Positions 1 to 13,821 of a stretch of DNA of 64,000 bases are shown here, piece after piece. Origin of the DNA: Lama guanicoe (Eukaryota); the NCBI GenBank assembly GCA_013239625.1, contig MU054220.1:7227367-7291366 (forward strand), written 5' to 3'. A program made the translations under genes and the position numbers. Position 1 is the stretch's first letter, and each line of letters starts with the position of its first letter. Below the pieces are notes generated by a model. That model did no database searches. It worked only from the letters and a program-made list of their open reading frames with translations, and was not told the origin of the DNA.

Positions 1-1745
1 AGCCCAACTACAAAATTAAGAGTGAAACATGTGTTAGAGAAACGTTCACACCGCTTTCCACTTGAGAAGTTACTTGCTGCTAAATTTCAGATCCTGACAT
101 CTTTTCATAGTTAAATACTTGATTAAAAGAAAGGAGAGTTTCACCAAATACTGTTGGGTGTTTGGGCCAGTTCTGATACCATGGCATCATTGTGGTCTCA
201 AGGGGAGTGTGTATTCCACGAGTAAGACTTGTGACCAGAGGTAGGAAAGCTTGCATATGTAGATTATTGAATTTGCACCCTTTTTAAGAGATAAATTATC
301 ACTCAAGATTCTTCTTTTCTTTTTGAGGCAGTAATGCCTTTGGTGTCTTTACAGTGACAGGAGAATAGAATGAATCATAGGTTTCCACTCTGTTCATGGA
401 GTCTGAATAATTTAGTTAATGCTTTTATAATAAGACTTGCTTTCCTCCAAGATGGTTTTTGGTTGAGTCTTTGAACCAAATGAAGATGTTTATTGGAATT
501 ATGATTTCTCACTAGTGACTATTTTATTTAATTTAATTTATTTATTTATTTTTTTTTGATGCACTGAGTTGAACAGGTCCAGGGCTTATACCCTCCTCTC
601 TACACACACAAAATGTTCCAGTTATATCAGGGAGTTCACAGAACCCCTTCCATAGATTGTGGTTAAACAGTGTATGATTCTTGGAATGAATGTACCTGCA
701 TCATCTACAGAGCCATCAAACAGCAATCTTCTTATGTATCTATCATTGGCTTCAGTGTTTGAATCAGATCTGAAGGCATCAAGGAAGGTTTGGACCCATC
801 ATGCTCCCAGGTATTCATTTTATCTTGATCCTTGAGTACGCAGGATTGAGTCCAGTTTACTCTGCACTTCGTGGATGAGTCTTGTTGTTTTCTTTTTTTG
901 TTTGTGTGTGTTTGCTTTTTTGTTTTTGTCATTGAGGGCATTGGAGAAAAATGTTCCCTATAAAACAGCCACCAAATAGCTCTTTTCTCGCGGAAACCTC
1001 AAAATATTTTTTCCATTATTGATTCCATCTCTTCATACGACTTCTACTTAATGGAAACCGCTCAGCTTTCTGGAACTCCTGAGTATGTCTGGGTTCGGGT
1101 TATGATCCGTTTGGAGGGTGCCCATTGTCCTGTGTAGGCATGGCTTGATGGGTCACGCTAAGGTTTTTAATGATGTTTTATAGCCCTGAACTTCAGATAG
1201 GACCTTTTGGAATAGGACTGAATGCGAGCCTGACTGGAATTATATCAATAACTGAATGAGTTGGGAGATAAAGCAAGCGGCCTACACACTGTGGTTCACT
1301 GCTAGCTTGTCAAATCGTAGGATGTGATAAAATAGAATGCTGTCACTTTGATTCCCTTGGTCTGGGATACAGTTATGAATGAATCTGTTGGTGTCCACCA
1401 TGACATCATGTCCACATCTTATGTGGCAGCCCTGAAAGAGATCTTCATGTACCCTCACCTACATTGTCAAAGGAGGTCTACATTCAAAGTTGATGTGCGT
1501 AAAGAATGAATGCCTCATACCTCAGTGAGAGGCTTAGAATGGAACAGAAATATCGTTTTAGTAGCTTAAGGAGTCAGGGACCTTCCCAAACTCACTCACT
1601 GAGGCAGTTTCAGGACCTGAGTATATTCGACACAGTTCAGTTCAGCACAGGTTATAAAATGTCTGCTATGTGATATGCTAGCCACTACCAGTATATACTA
1701 ATTATGAAATCCTCTCCATTACATAAAGTTTTTAAGTTAGTAAGA

Positions 1746-1886
1746 GGGGAGGATATTTCAGTGGGAGAGTGCATGCTAAGCATGCACAAGGTCCTGGGTT
1801 CAATCCCCAGTATGTTCATTTAAAAAATAATTCACTAATTAAATAAACCGAATGACCCCCTCCAATAAATAAATACATACATAGTA
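1746..1886 (+). mobile_element. tRNA-Ala-derived SINE, Vic-1-like (camelid)
   Basis: Head GGGGAGGATATTTCAGTGGGAGAGTGCATGCTAAGCATGCACAAGGTCCTGGGTTCAATCCCCAG with degenerate A box and B box (GGTTCAATCC), followed by an A-rich tail. Imperfect TSD aagttagtaag (1734-1744) / aaattagtaag (1887-1897). Homologous to the copy at 22213. Confidence 0.88.
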
Positions 1887-2771
1887 AAATTAGTAAGGAA
1901 AGAAAATTTAACTTTCATTATCAACCTTTGTGCTCTGTGATTTTGAGAAAGCATTTAACCCTTCCTTCTGAAGCTCTCTTTCCTGGTCTGTAGAATGAAG
2001 CTACTCTGCTGTGTTTCCACATTCAGTGTTGTTGAAAGGTTGGAAACAGATGGTAAAGCAGAGGAAACTACAGAATCTGTGTATCAGGAAAGCCTGGGGT
2101 TTACAGGCTACTGGAAAGGAAGGGGTCCCTTGGGGACTGGTTTTTGAATGGTAGGCTGGTTCTTTTCCCTTAGGTAGGTTATATATCTGGGTTGACTTGG
2201 TAATGGACACGTTGATGAAAATTACTTTTGGATGCATACGGTGCATCCAACCCTTTAGTGTATGAAAATCTCTTATGATTTTTAAAAGGTTACTCAAATT
2301 GAGGGTTTACAATCCTGTGGCAGCACCTGGCTTACAGGAGGTGCTCCAATGTCATTGTGCTCAGCCTTTTTCCCAGTAGCCCCCTTAACTGAAGAAGGGA
2401 AAAATAGAAAAAAGCATTAGAGCTGGCTCACCCAGATTGTTTGTATACACTACTGTGATCAAAATCACCAGATACGCATGGTAACGCTCAACTTCATTCT
2501 GCCTATAAACAGTCAATGATCTTGTTAGTTGCAGCTGTAGAGCCAGTGGTAGCGGAAATCTTTGTTTATTGAATTTCCAGCTTCCAATCAACTGTGCAAG
2601 GAGCAACTGTGGGAAAATGAAAGCCAATAGCCCTCCTCTTCTCCTCTCTTTCTCTCTGCCTCATCATCAGAAGGGTTTGGGTTCTTAGGTTGGTTGAAAA
2701 AGCAGAGGCTATATAAATAAAATAGAGGAGAATCTTACATCTTAATTTTTTTTTTGAAGAAAAAGAGTGAG

Positions 2772-3148
2772 TGTTATGGGCTGAAGTGTATCCTCCAAAA
2801 TTCATATTTTGAGGTCCTGACCCTCCTGTGCCTCAGAATGGGACTGTATTTGGAGATAATGTCCTTTAAGAGGTAATTAAAATAAAATGAGGTCTTTAGG
2901 GTGGGTTTAATACAACTGGTATCCTTATAAAAAGAGGACATGTGGACACAGACATGCATGCACACAGAGGAAAAACAGTGAGAAAGCAGCAATCTGCAAG
3001 TTAAAGAGAGAGGTCTAAAAAGAACTCAGACCTGCAGATACCTTGATCTTGGACTTCTAGCCTCCAGAACCACGAGAAAATAAATCTCTGTGGTTTAAGC
3101 CACCTGGACTGTGGTATTTTGTTACGGTAGCCTGAGCAAACTGATACA
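2772..3148 (+). mobile_element. MaLR solo LTR, MLT1B-like
   Basis: TG...CA termini. Starts TGTTATGGGCTGAA..CCAAAATTCATAT, contains CCTTGATCTTGGACTTCTAGCCTCCAGAAC and AATAAA, and ends GCAAACTGATACA, matching the MLT1A/B/C consensus as recalled. Confidence 0.9.
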
Positions 3149-4425
3149 TTGATTGTGTAGTGTTTTTCTTAGCTGGATTGGAAAGCCATTATAACGGAAT
3201 AAGTGTTTTGATTTATGTATCCATCAAAAGAATGGATTCTCTCATCATCACCTCCAGCAAGCATGGACCAGCATCTTGGCTGTCCACCAGAATGGGAGGT
3301 AGAGGGTATGAGAGTTGCTCTTTCAGGAGAATCCTTGAATTAACCTGAGAAGCCCCACATGTGGGTTAGTTTTATATATGTCTTGGGTAATATAACCTTC
3401 CATTCTGCTCTTCTTTCAAGAGATACATGTTCTAAGAAGGAATTCCAAGTCCTAAAAGGGAATTAATAGCCAGATGTTTCAGGATCTGCCTCAAATACAA
3501 GGATGGCCTTGGACACTCATTTGAGTTCCTAGAACTGCTCTTCGGGGATCTTTCCCTCCTGGGATGGGGCGGGGGTAAGACATTTATATTCCTTGCAGTA
3601 CGCAAACCCAGACCACCTATCAACAGCCTATTCACTCTTTGTACAAATTTACCGTGTTGTATTTAGTGAAACAGAACTCCGGTTAAACGGAGAAAGAAAA
3701 GGTGGACTTTTGTTAGTGTGAGTTTGTTACTGCTGTAGGGTGGTGTGGTTGGGATATTTGAGAGCAAGTTCGAGGTAAGATGGACTTCGAACTTTGTCGT
3801 GGTTGTACGCTATCACTACGTTCTCCTTTAGAACTCATGCCTCCTAAACATTGCTTTCCTCACCGTAAATACAGATTACAGCAAATAAGCATAAGAAGAG
3901 TCACTGTCAATAGGGAATACTCCTACTTTTCTCTTCATTCTGTCATCATTAAGTGTAAAAGGGTACGCACCCCGCATGCTCCTTGTCACACAGTAAGAAA
4001 TCAGTTCATGCTAACTACTTTTATTCTTTATGACGTTTACTTTCAACACACTCTTTGTAGCGGAACCCTTCCTATCCTAAGTGGATATTCCATGTTGACT
4101 GACTGCTGAGCGCTGTTGTGATTACCTCTCATTAGGAGAAACACCACGTTTTAGCGTGAGGGGTACAACTGGGATGAGACTCCGAAAATTCTCTAAGATA
4201 GCAACATCAGCTGCAGACTTTCAATAAGTTCAAAATAATCCTCTTTGAGGCCTGTAAGCTAAGGCTCTAGCAAAAACACAGAGCCTTTAAGTACCCATAT
4301 TAGCTTCATCCTCCAGAAGGTGGAGGCGGATAAGTTCAGAATTCAAAACAGCTTTCAAAAGGGTTGAGAACAACAGGGCTGAGTAAAGTAAGATACTTGA
4401 GTGATTCTATCTAGAGTCTCAAAAT

Positions 4426-4600
4426 CAGTGGTTCTCAATCCCTACTGTGCGCCAGGATTTCCTGAAGAAATGTACAGTTGTCAGTATGGGAGAGCCTCCT
4501 GCTGGTTCAGACTCTCCAGTGATGGGGCTTGTCTGTGAGCATGTTTCCAGAAGCTCTGTGAGTGATTCTGAAATGCATGCAGCCTGTGTTGCTAATCATG
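4426..4600. mobile_element. hAT-Charlie MITE, MER5-like (degenerate)
   Basis: Starts CAGTGGTTCTCAA; internal GTGATTCTGAAATGCA resembles MER5. Confidence 0.6.
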
Positions 4601-7600
4601 GTTCTAAATAGACTGTCCCAAAATACCACATGTTAAAAGGCTTATTTTTTAATCTTTTTTTTAACACTATCTCTTCACCAATGCTGTAGTTATATGTTAC
4701 ATAAATTCCAATTCAGTCTTGAAAATTCCTGCCATCTTCCTAAAGAATGCTTATTTATGTTTTCAGGATCTCTCCGTGTTCTCATTTTTTAAATATATAA
4801 TACTGTTTTATATCATTTCATGATGACTTTTGAAGCTCTGCATAAAATCACAAAAAAAATATAAAATTATAGGCAACACTTGGCTAATCTAAACTCAGAA
4901 TCACAAAATGATTTGCTTTGTGCTCACTCTAGGAAGTGTGCTATTTTCCCAAGTCTTCTTGGGTTGAAAGTTTGGGATGCAGGTGAACCCGTGACCCCTC
5001 CTGTGTCTCATTTGGAAGTAAAGCTGTACTAGATGCTTTAACAAGTCACTTCCCAAGGAGAAAGCACTGTTTGCGTTTAAAGGACCTCACCATCTGGCAG
5101 GATGGGACTTCGGAGAAAATACTCCACTCTCTCCCAGAAAGGTTGCTCTTGTACTGGATGTAAAATTGGTGATGCAATAAAGGACAGGGTCTTTTGCTGA
5201 CTAGGGAGCTTCGTGCCGTGCTCTTAAAAGATTGAATTTCTCTTCCTTCCGTTGGCTTGATGTCCATACATCATTTCATCTCCAGATGGAAGAAGCACGG
5301 AAAAAGCAATGAAGGTTTGAAGCAGGGAGTTTACGAAGCAGAAAGCAATGATTATAGAAAGTTAAATATGTTCCTGTAGATAGCAGGGAGTGTATTACAC
5401 TTTCTACTATACAAACCTAACATTATTTTCATTGAAGTTCATTCCGTATTTCCCTACCTTCTTTTCAGTTTTCAGTTCAACTTCCATTTGAAGCAAACCT
5501 CATAGTTGAAAATTCAGACTTGAACAGATTATACCTTAAGGTACAATTGTTAGTTTTACATAAAAAGTGCCCCCCACAGGGTCCCTATAAGCACTTCATT
5601 TAAACACAATAGCTCCATAAAAATCATATTTGTACTTGGCTACATTGAAGCAACTCTAATGTACGAAATCCACTCGCTAATACCATATAATAACTCAGTA
5701 AATTAACAAGTTTTGATTAAACATTTATTGGAACCAAGATTATGTACACCATTGAGAATGTAAATGAAGTTGGACGTATTTCTTGGGTTAAGAATTATCA
5801 TAGTCTATCTGAAGATACATAACTAGTTCCAAGAAATAGTTACCCAACCCCACAATGACAATATGTTCTCAAGATCCAAATTGTGTAATAGAATCAGTAC
5901 ATGCCACTGAAGATCAAAAAAGGGAAGGTTTTAGGATGAAGGCAAAACTTAGACTGGTTTTTGACAGAGAGGAAAATAAGAGTGATGTGTGTGTATGCGT
6001 CGGAGAGAGAGGAATTGGCTCATGCTCCGGAATCCAGTTCTTAAGTGAATTTTGTATCAGTAAGTGTAAAGCAATGGAAAGAACATGGATATTATAACCA
6101 AAGCACTCTCCAGTTAAATCCTGTCTCCATTATTTACAAATTACATTCCATTGAGCAAGGTATGAAGCCTTTCTTAGTTTTTTTTCATCTTTGGATGAGG
6201 TTAATACACTTGACTTACAGACTTGTTGCAAGGATTTCTTAAGATACCTAAGCATAGGCTTCAGTAAATGACATTTCCTTCTTTTCCTCTTCAGAGAACT
6301 TTGAGCAATATTATATTCAGTATAATAACACGATAAACATGCCAAAGAATTCAGATGGTGCCTTGAGAACTGTTGGAATAGGACTTGACTGTAACGGTTT
6401 CTTCTGTTTATTTTTAAATTTATTTATCTATGTATGTATATATGTGTGTGTTTATATATTTATTTTACTAAGACACATTGGAAAGTATGCTCCACATTTT
6501 TACCGAGATATCATGTTCCCTATTCTAAAAATGTAGCAATGGACTATCTGTATATGTTTAAAATCTGTCAAATTCTTCCTTCTCATCCTGCAAACAAACA
6601 AATTGTGTTTAGATTTGCCATTGCCCCCACAGCAACTCAAATCACCAGGAACTGAGCAGACTCCTAGCAGGAGGATTTTAATGGTTTATTTATGTATGCA
6701 TATAATCCTGCCATCGAATGCAGACCACATACTTGTCTGCCTGAGCTGAATTTCATTGATTATTTTGTTTTCCTCCTTGCTTCTCACTCGTCTGTTCAGA
6801 TTTTAATTCCTGACAATGCATTAGTGCCAAATGGCACTGTTAGTGCTGTTAGGAGTTGAGTTTTGCTGAAATATTCAATACCTGCTGTGTCTATCCTCCA
6901 GAAAAGAGAACAATCCAATCTTCTTCATTGGTTGTGACTTTAGTCGAAGTGTGGTTTTTGATTTGGGACACTTTGAGGTTGCAAAAGGAGTTAACGGACT
7001 ATTTAGACTGTGGAGGATTTAGAAAGCAGGACAAAATTGAAGCCCTCTTTTTAATGTCTAAATCTGTGATGTTCACTTTGAAAAATAACTTTCCCAACGT
7101 TATGTGTACTCTCAAAGCATATTTAAATTACTTCAACAGCTGCAATAATAAAATGACACTGGAAAGCGTGAACATGAAATACATGAGGCAAAGTAAAAGG
7201 GCAAAGTAATGAGATCAATCATGCCAAGAGGATAATGAAAGACAGACCTACAGAGCCGACTCAGGGAAAAAAACATGGGAGAAGATATTTATAGCACAAT
7301 GGCAGAGATGGTGATGGAGTTTTGCACAGACTGCTATGGCGAAATGGAAGGAAGCAACATTAATGGTGCTAGAAATGGGAGGGGGGTGAGAAAAGAAGCG
7401 AAGGCTTCATTTAAATCTATGTTGCCTTCAAAACAGCAGATTCCTTCGTTGTTCCCGGAACCAAAAAATACTTGGACTGCCCTTTTAAATGTGTGGCATG
7501 AGACCCTGACCTTCAGCTGTTTAATTCAGCATTGTAAAGCGATGCTAGACAATGTGTTTCTCTGTTTCCCTGAAGTAGCCTATTCATCATGCCGTGTATG

Positions 7601-8479
7601 TGGGAATGGATGGTCTGTGTATGCTTCAGATATGTGACTTGCCTAAGAGGTGGGCAGACAGGGGCAGCGAGAGGTCTGGAAGAAGATGTGGAAAGTGCCC
7701 CTAGCACCTCCCCTGGACTGGATAGGGGATGAGAGCAGGCTCTGAAATGGCAAGCACAATTCATCCTGAAGATAAAGATTCCTCTTCTTGGCAGCTCTGT
7801 CCTGGGTGAGGGGTTGGGAGGAGAGGAAGAAGCGTGGCATGGGAATTCCCACCCAAATCAGGTTGCAGACTTCGCTCTTCAGGGAGAGCCTACATGCATT
7901 CATCAGTGCAGGAAAAAAAAATTTTTTTTTCGTCCAAAGAATGCAAGTCCTTTGTATCTAACAATCAAGTAATTCTTTTTTTGGCCCATATTTTTCTCAC
8001 TGCACTGTGTTTTATGCGGTGATGAAGGTGAGTGAGTCAAAACTACAAGTATCAAAGAATCTAAAGTGATTCACCAAATTAACTTCAAAACCAGTATCTT
8101 TTTTTAAATCATGATTTTGAATTGAGAATAGCATCAAAAATTGAGGAGTACGATGGAGGGGAAATTTTCTAACTATAAGGGATGTTAAAGTGTTGGCAAC
8201 TGACACGCTTGGAGTAAATGAACTCTGCCTTGTCAGTCTCCGTGCACTGGAGGCAGCGTTCTCTCCTGGAAAGGAAAGAACATGGCCTTTGGAAGCACAC
8301 GGTGTTCTCTGTGTTCAGATGGTGGCTCTTCCATTAAGTTTAATGAGAGCTTACTATGGGCCAAGCACAGGTGTAAGTTTTTTACACATGGGTGTTTAAT
8401 AGGAAATAGACCCAGCTTTTACAACACAGAGATCAAAAGTCCAATGGGTGGAGCAAGATCTAGATTTTACTTTTCTCTC

Positions 8480-8945
8480 ACATTAACAACACAGGGGATA
8501 AAGTAGGCAGTGGTAGTGAACGTCTCCTCCACAGCATCCTCTGGGGACCCAGGTCCCTTCTCCGTGCTGTCTGGTTCCATCTTCCTCTGTGTGGTGTTGG
8601 CTCTCCAAAGCCAGGCTCCCGTATCAGACCGTAGAGCAGCTTCATTTACAGATGTGATCCTCAAGTTGCATCATTTGTACTCACATTGCATCATCCAGAA
8701 CTTGGTCACATGACCAGCCTTCACTGCAATGGAGGATGGGGATTCTAGACTCTGGCTGCATAGCTATGAATTTTGCTATGATGTAAGGGTGCACCATATT
8801 GTGTGATTCCCAGGATTGCCATTCCTGTAGGTTATAATATGAATGGGGACCCTGAAATCGGGCCACAGGACAGCCCTGTTTGGGAGGTACTGAAAGGAAG
8901 AAGGGAAAGATGGATATGGGAAGACAATGAGCAGTGTCTGTCATG
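8480..8945 (-). mobile_element. Old MaLR LTR fragment (MLT1J/K/L-like)
   Basis: Diverged motifs such as GGGACCCAGGTCCCTTCTCC and terminal GGAAAGATGGATATGGGAAGACAATGAGCAGTGTCTGTCA. Boundaries uncertain. Confidence 0.45.
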
Positions 8946-10119
8946 ACGTATTAATTCCTTAACCCTCAAAATGACCTACCAATTTTATTTTCATCTTTAC
9001 ACGCAACTCAGTCACAAAACGTGTTTAAAATCGCGGGTCCCATAGCCATAGCGTTGTGAAATACAGACAAGCTCGCACAGAAATTGTGTTCTTCCTCGCT
9101 ACTCTGATTTCCCCTCTGCCTGAGAAATTATATTGTAGCTACTAGTTTAGTAATTAGGTGCACTTAATACATCAATGTTATTAAGATCCTACTATATTCA
9201 GGGAGTTGTGTATTGTAGAGGTTTTTGTGTGTGTGTCTTTTTTTTTCCCAATGAGGAAATGGGGTGGCTAGGTTTATTGAGCATATATTGGAGATTTCAA
9301 ACTTGGGCCAAAAAAATGCCCTTTGTTCAACTTCATCACTGCATGAGATTTTCGTTTCTAGTGTTATGTGGTGATGGTTTCTGTCTTAAAGGTGTGTTTT
9401 TTTATAATTGAACCTGACTATTGGTGTCATACCCTTTCCATATCTCATAACTTTAAAAACTCACTTTTATCACCCAAATTTATAATCTTTTCAGTCAGGC
9501 AAGATGAAAGCGGTTTCTGTATTCTTCCAATAAACACTATATTTGCTACCCCACTGAAGAATGCCCTACACTGCCTTCTCCTCAGCACTGGAAAATATAT
9601 CAACCACAGCAAACGGTCTTCTCTTCTAATCAAACATCACCCCAGTCTACATATTTTGGGGGAACTGTATTATGGACGAGAGAAAACCCCTAGTTAACTT
9701 GAATTTGTTCTTCTCTTTTACCAGTAACAGTCAGTGTTCCTTTTTTTCTTTGTAGATTTACAATATAATATTTTAAAAGTAACTGTTTCCTTTATATATT
9801 TTGGTAACCATTTTGTATGCATTTTACATTTGTTTCTCGTTATCTTTTGGAAAGAGGCAGAATTAATTTTTTAAAATACTTAGGTGTGGAGAGAAGGAAG
9901 GAGATGACAGCCTGGGGTTGCTTATTAATGAATTTGTGCCTTATTCTTATGTGTTATTTTCAGATGAGAATTTGGTCAAGTGATGGTCTTCGATGCCCCT
10001 TCTGTCATCTCTCATGAGAGCTCCCCGGACAAGCATTTATTTTATTTCTGTAGTTCTCTCACATGGAGAAGGGAGCACTTTGAGGGATGGCTATTTATTG
10101 CAGGCTGAGATGCAGACTG

Positions 10120-10320
10120 CTTCCTTACATTCTGACTCTAATACTCAACTTGCAAGCTCTGAGACCTTGGGCAAATCGCTGTACTTTCTGTGTCTTCGTT
10201 GCCTCATTGGCAAAATATGAATAACAACAAGATGAAACTCGGAATTATTATGAGGATTAAATAAGTCAATAGATGTAACAGTGCCTGGTACATGGTAAGC
10301 AACCGATACAGTTAAGTTAT
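10120..10320 (+). mobile_element. MIR SINE
   Basis: Core GACCTTGGGCAAATCGCT..CTCATTGGCAAAAT and tail TTATGAGGATTAAATAAG..AACAGTGCCTGGTACATGGTAAGC. Confidence 0.8.
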
Positions 10321-11299
10321 TCATCATCATTTGCTTCATTGTCATCTTTATGTGGACTCGGTTAATAATCACGGTGATTCCTTACTCTGATGCATGGGTT
10401 GCTAGATGTATTGGTTTGTTGACATTCAGAAGTTCAAGTGCAGCAAGTGAACTCTTCCTCCCTGGTTTATGCTTCATTCATTTCAGTGTGAGATGGACAG
10501 AAGAATTTTAGGTAAAGGATAGTTTGAAGAAGCCGAGGTTTTCCAGTCTTCCTTTTTAGAACAGATTTAGGTTAGAGTCGAATGTAATTGTAGGCTTAAT
10601 AAAAGATATAAGTTTAAACACTCATGATAGAAGGAAAAAGGTGCTGAGATTGGTGTTATTTTCCATATTTCCTCAGTGACTTAACTGGTCACAAAATATG
10701 ACTGAACATTTTCTCTGTAAGTAGTTTTTGCTAGAGCCTGCAAATGATACAAGATTATAGGCATTGCTCCCAGGGATCTTAAATTCCAGTTGGTGAAGAA
10801 AGGCTAACATGTATGAAATAAATTATATACATATATATATTAGTGCAGTCAACCTATAGACATTATGGGATGGATGGTTCAGATAATTACCTTTCTCCAA
10901 ATGTATATTGAGAAAATTGAGAAACCAAAACAAGTTGAAAGAATCAAAGAGTTTAGGCAGAAATTTTTTTTCCAAGGTGGATTTTGTATTTCCAAAACTC
11001 CCAGCAAGTTCACACAAATATCAGAGCATTCAGATTGGGTCCAAATCCAAACTTCAGGTCCAGAAGGTTGGATGTGTCACTGTGAAATATCCCCTCACTA
11101 TAATTGCAGGGATGAAAGATTTGCACAGAGACCATGAGCATGATATAAAGGAATCTTAATGCCCAGTTTTGCTGTTTTTAGGAGACAGGCACATTGCTGT
11201 AATATTTAACCATACAGAGTAGCTCACGTTGTAATTCCAGGATTCTTGAAGGGCTAATTCTATTACAGAACATACACTCTGTTGATATTTCACCCACAG

Positions 11300-12840
11300 C
11301 CCGGTGTAGCACTTAATAATAGGCATATCTACTGGCTTTTAAAAAGTAAAGAAATGTATTTTCACGTAGAACACAAAGTCAGGGGAAGAATGGTTCTGGT
11401 TTCTCTCACTGGTTCAACAGCAGCCAAACATCCTTCCATCATTTTGCTCCATGGTTGCCGGCTTGACACCTTTGTCTTTAGTCAAACGCCCCCTGTGGTC
11501 ACAAGGGGTTACAACAGTGCTGGGCATCATACCCAGGCATGATGTTGGCCAGGACCCGTTTATCTTTCTTGAGTCTTTAAATTTTTTTTTTTTTTGAACT
11601 GTAGTCAGTTTATGATTTTGTGTCAATTTCTGGTGTGCAGCACATTGCTTCAGTCATACATGAATATACATATATTCATTTTCATATTCTTTTTCACCAT
11701 AAGCTAAGCTATCGAATATAGTCCCCTGTGCTATACAGTATAAACTTGTTTATCTACTTTATATATACCAGTCAGTATCTGCAAATCTTAAACTCCAGTT
11801 TACCCCTTTCTATGCCTTTCCCCTCCTGGGTAACATAAGGTTGTTTTCTATGTTTGTGTGTCTGTTTTGGATTTATAAATAACTTTGTCTTTTTTTTTTG
11901 GTTCCACATATGAGTGACATCCTATGGTATTTTTCTTTCTGTTTCTGGTTTATTTCACTTAGAATGACATTCTCCAGGAACATCCATGTTGCTGCAAATG
12001 GCATTATTTTATTTTTTGTGGCTGAGTAGTATTCCATTGTATAAATATACCACAACTTCTTTATGCAGTCATCTGTCAATGGACGTTGAAGTTGTTTCCA
12101 TGTCTTGGCTATTGTAAATAGTGCTTCTATTAACATTGGGGTACAGGTGTCGTTTTGAATTAAGGTTCCCTCTGGATATATGCCCAGGAGTGGGATTGCT
12201 GGATCATATGGTGTTTATTTTTAGTCTTTTGAGGAATCTCCATACTGTTTTCCACAATGGCTGCACCAAAATATATTCCCACCAACAGTGTAGGAGGGTT
12301 CCCTCTTCTCCACAGCCTCTCCAGCATTTATTGTTTGTGGACTTTTGAATAATGGCCATTCTGACTGATGTGAAGTGATACCTCATTGCAGTTTTGATTT
12401 GCATTTGTCTGATAATTAGCGACACAGCATTTTTTCTTGTGCCCATTGGCCATTCATACGTCTTCACTGGAGAACTAACTGCTTGTTTAGATCTTCTGCC
12501 CATTTCTGGATCAGGTTATTTGTTTGCTTCTTATTAAGTTGTACGAGCTGTGTGTATATTCTGGAAATCAAGCCGTTGTCAGTTGTTGAGTCTCTTAAAA
12601 GTAAGGAAAACTTTCCCAGAGATCTTCACTGAGCCTAACTTTATGTTTCACTGGCTAGCGTTGTGTGCCCAGACCCATCACTAGCAAAGGAAACAGGGCA
12701 ACCATGATTGTCTCAGATGAGTCAGGACCACTCTTTGGAGAGCTGCATTGGGGAGGGTGGATAACTGAATAAAACTGGGGTTTACTTAGGAACTAGAAAG
12801 AATGGAGATAAGGATACATGTTTTTAGACATCAACCGTTT
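11300..12840 (-). mobile_element. Old MaLR LTR (MLT1J/K-like) split by the L1 below; halves at about 11300-11570 and 12590-12840
   Basis: MLT1-like motifs on both sides (GGTCACAAGGGGTTAC..GGCATCATACCCAGGCATGA; AGGAAAACTTTCCCAGA..CACTGGCTAG..GCAAAGGAAACAGGG..CCATGATTG) read continuously across the L1 TSD. Confidence 0.6.
11581..12585 (-). mobile_element. 5'-truncated LINE-1 (3' end of ORF2, 3'UTR and polyA), non-coding relic
   Basis: Poly-T at the left end. Minus-strand peptides [18 protein letters not shown] and [10 protein letters not shown]...IKKLWYIYTMEYYSA...IMPFAATWMFLENVILSEI are the L1 ORF2 C-terminus, split across separate broken ORFs. TSD ttgagtct(c)ttaa at 11569-11580 and 12586-12598. 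Confidence 0.95.
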
Positions 12841-12886
12841 CTTATATTCAGCACACAGTAGAATAATCTTATGTTCTTATACTTAA

Positions 12887-12915
12887 GGAAGGAAGGAAAG
12901 AAGGAAGGAAGGGAA
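12887..12915. repeat. (GGAA)n microsatellite, imperfect
   Basis: ggaaggaaggaaagaaggaaggaagggaa read directly. Confidence 0.8.
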
Positions 12916-13821
12916 CAAACATTCGCATAATGTGTTTAGTTTAGTCTTCACTACTCAGCCGACAGAAATCTGATCTGTTTCTGTCCATTCCAGGTAGAGC
13001 ACAATAAACATCTTCGGGCCGAGCATTAGAATCACATTGTCGGAAACTGATTAGACTTGGGTGACCGCTGCTTCTTTCTTGGCGATGGGTCAACTCATTG
13101 CTGTAATGTATTAAATAGCCCTTCAAAATAGAAGAGCCGAAAAACAATGTCCTTTGGAACCAACACTCTCAAACAGTATCCAAATTAATGGAAAGTGCCT
13201 GCGCTAACGAAATAACACATCAGGGCTTTGGCAGGAGGTGATTGGCAGAAACACCCGATGGCTTGATACATCTGCCTCCTGAAGACATAAATGAATTCTT
13301 CCTTGTAAGAGAGAATGGATAACTGTGGCTGAAGCTAAAGCAGTGGTTTAAAGAAAATGACTTCCTGCCTTCTGCCGGAGTACCTGCGAGCACATTTCTC
13401 AGCCTGATGCTTTTGTGCCTACTAAATTAAGATCCTGGCTGTAAAGATAAGAAAGATTTCTCCCTCTGTAGTCATGAATACTACACCGTTTAGTATTCAG
13501 TAAGAGAAGATATGATGAAGGGTTATTGTATCTGCTTTCATGATTTGTAAGGATTCAGGAGCAATGGTTGTGGAGTTAATTGATGGGTTGATTTATACAT
13601 ATCTCTCTTTGTTCATTAAACTGATACATTCATACTTTCATGTAGTTACTTAGGAGTAGCCACTGTTTTTCACAGTGTTGTGCTGAGTTCATCGAGGTTT
13701 GCAGACGCCAAGGTCCTAGGTCTGGGGCACGTGTAGGGTAGTGAAGGAAGTGCTCTCTACTAGGATCACCTCGCCGTAATTCCTTCCCAATACTCCTCAC
13801 AATCCTGTAGGATTTTATTAC

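Noticed and set aside
1746..1815. Possible tRNA-Ala gene (also 22213-22285)
   Set aside because: Degenerate cloverleaf followed by an A-rich tail and TSDs, so these are SINE heads.
11486..11501. CTCF-like motif cgccccctgtggtc
   Set aside because: Needs a gap or several mismatches against the core motif and lies in an old LTR fragment.
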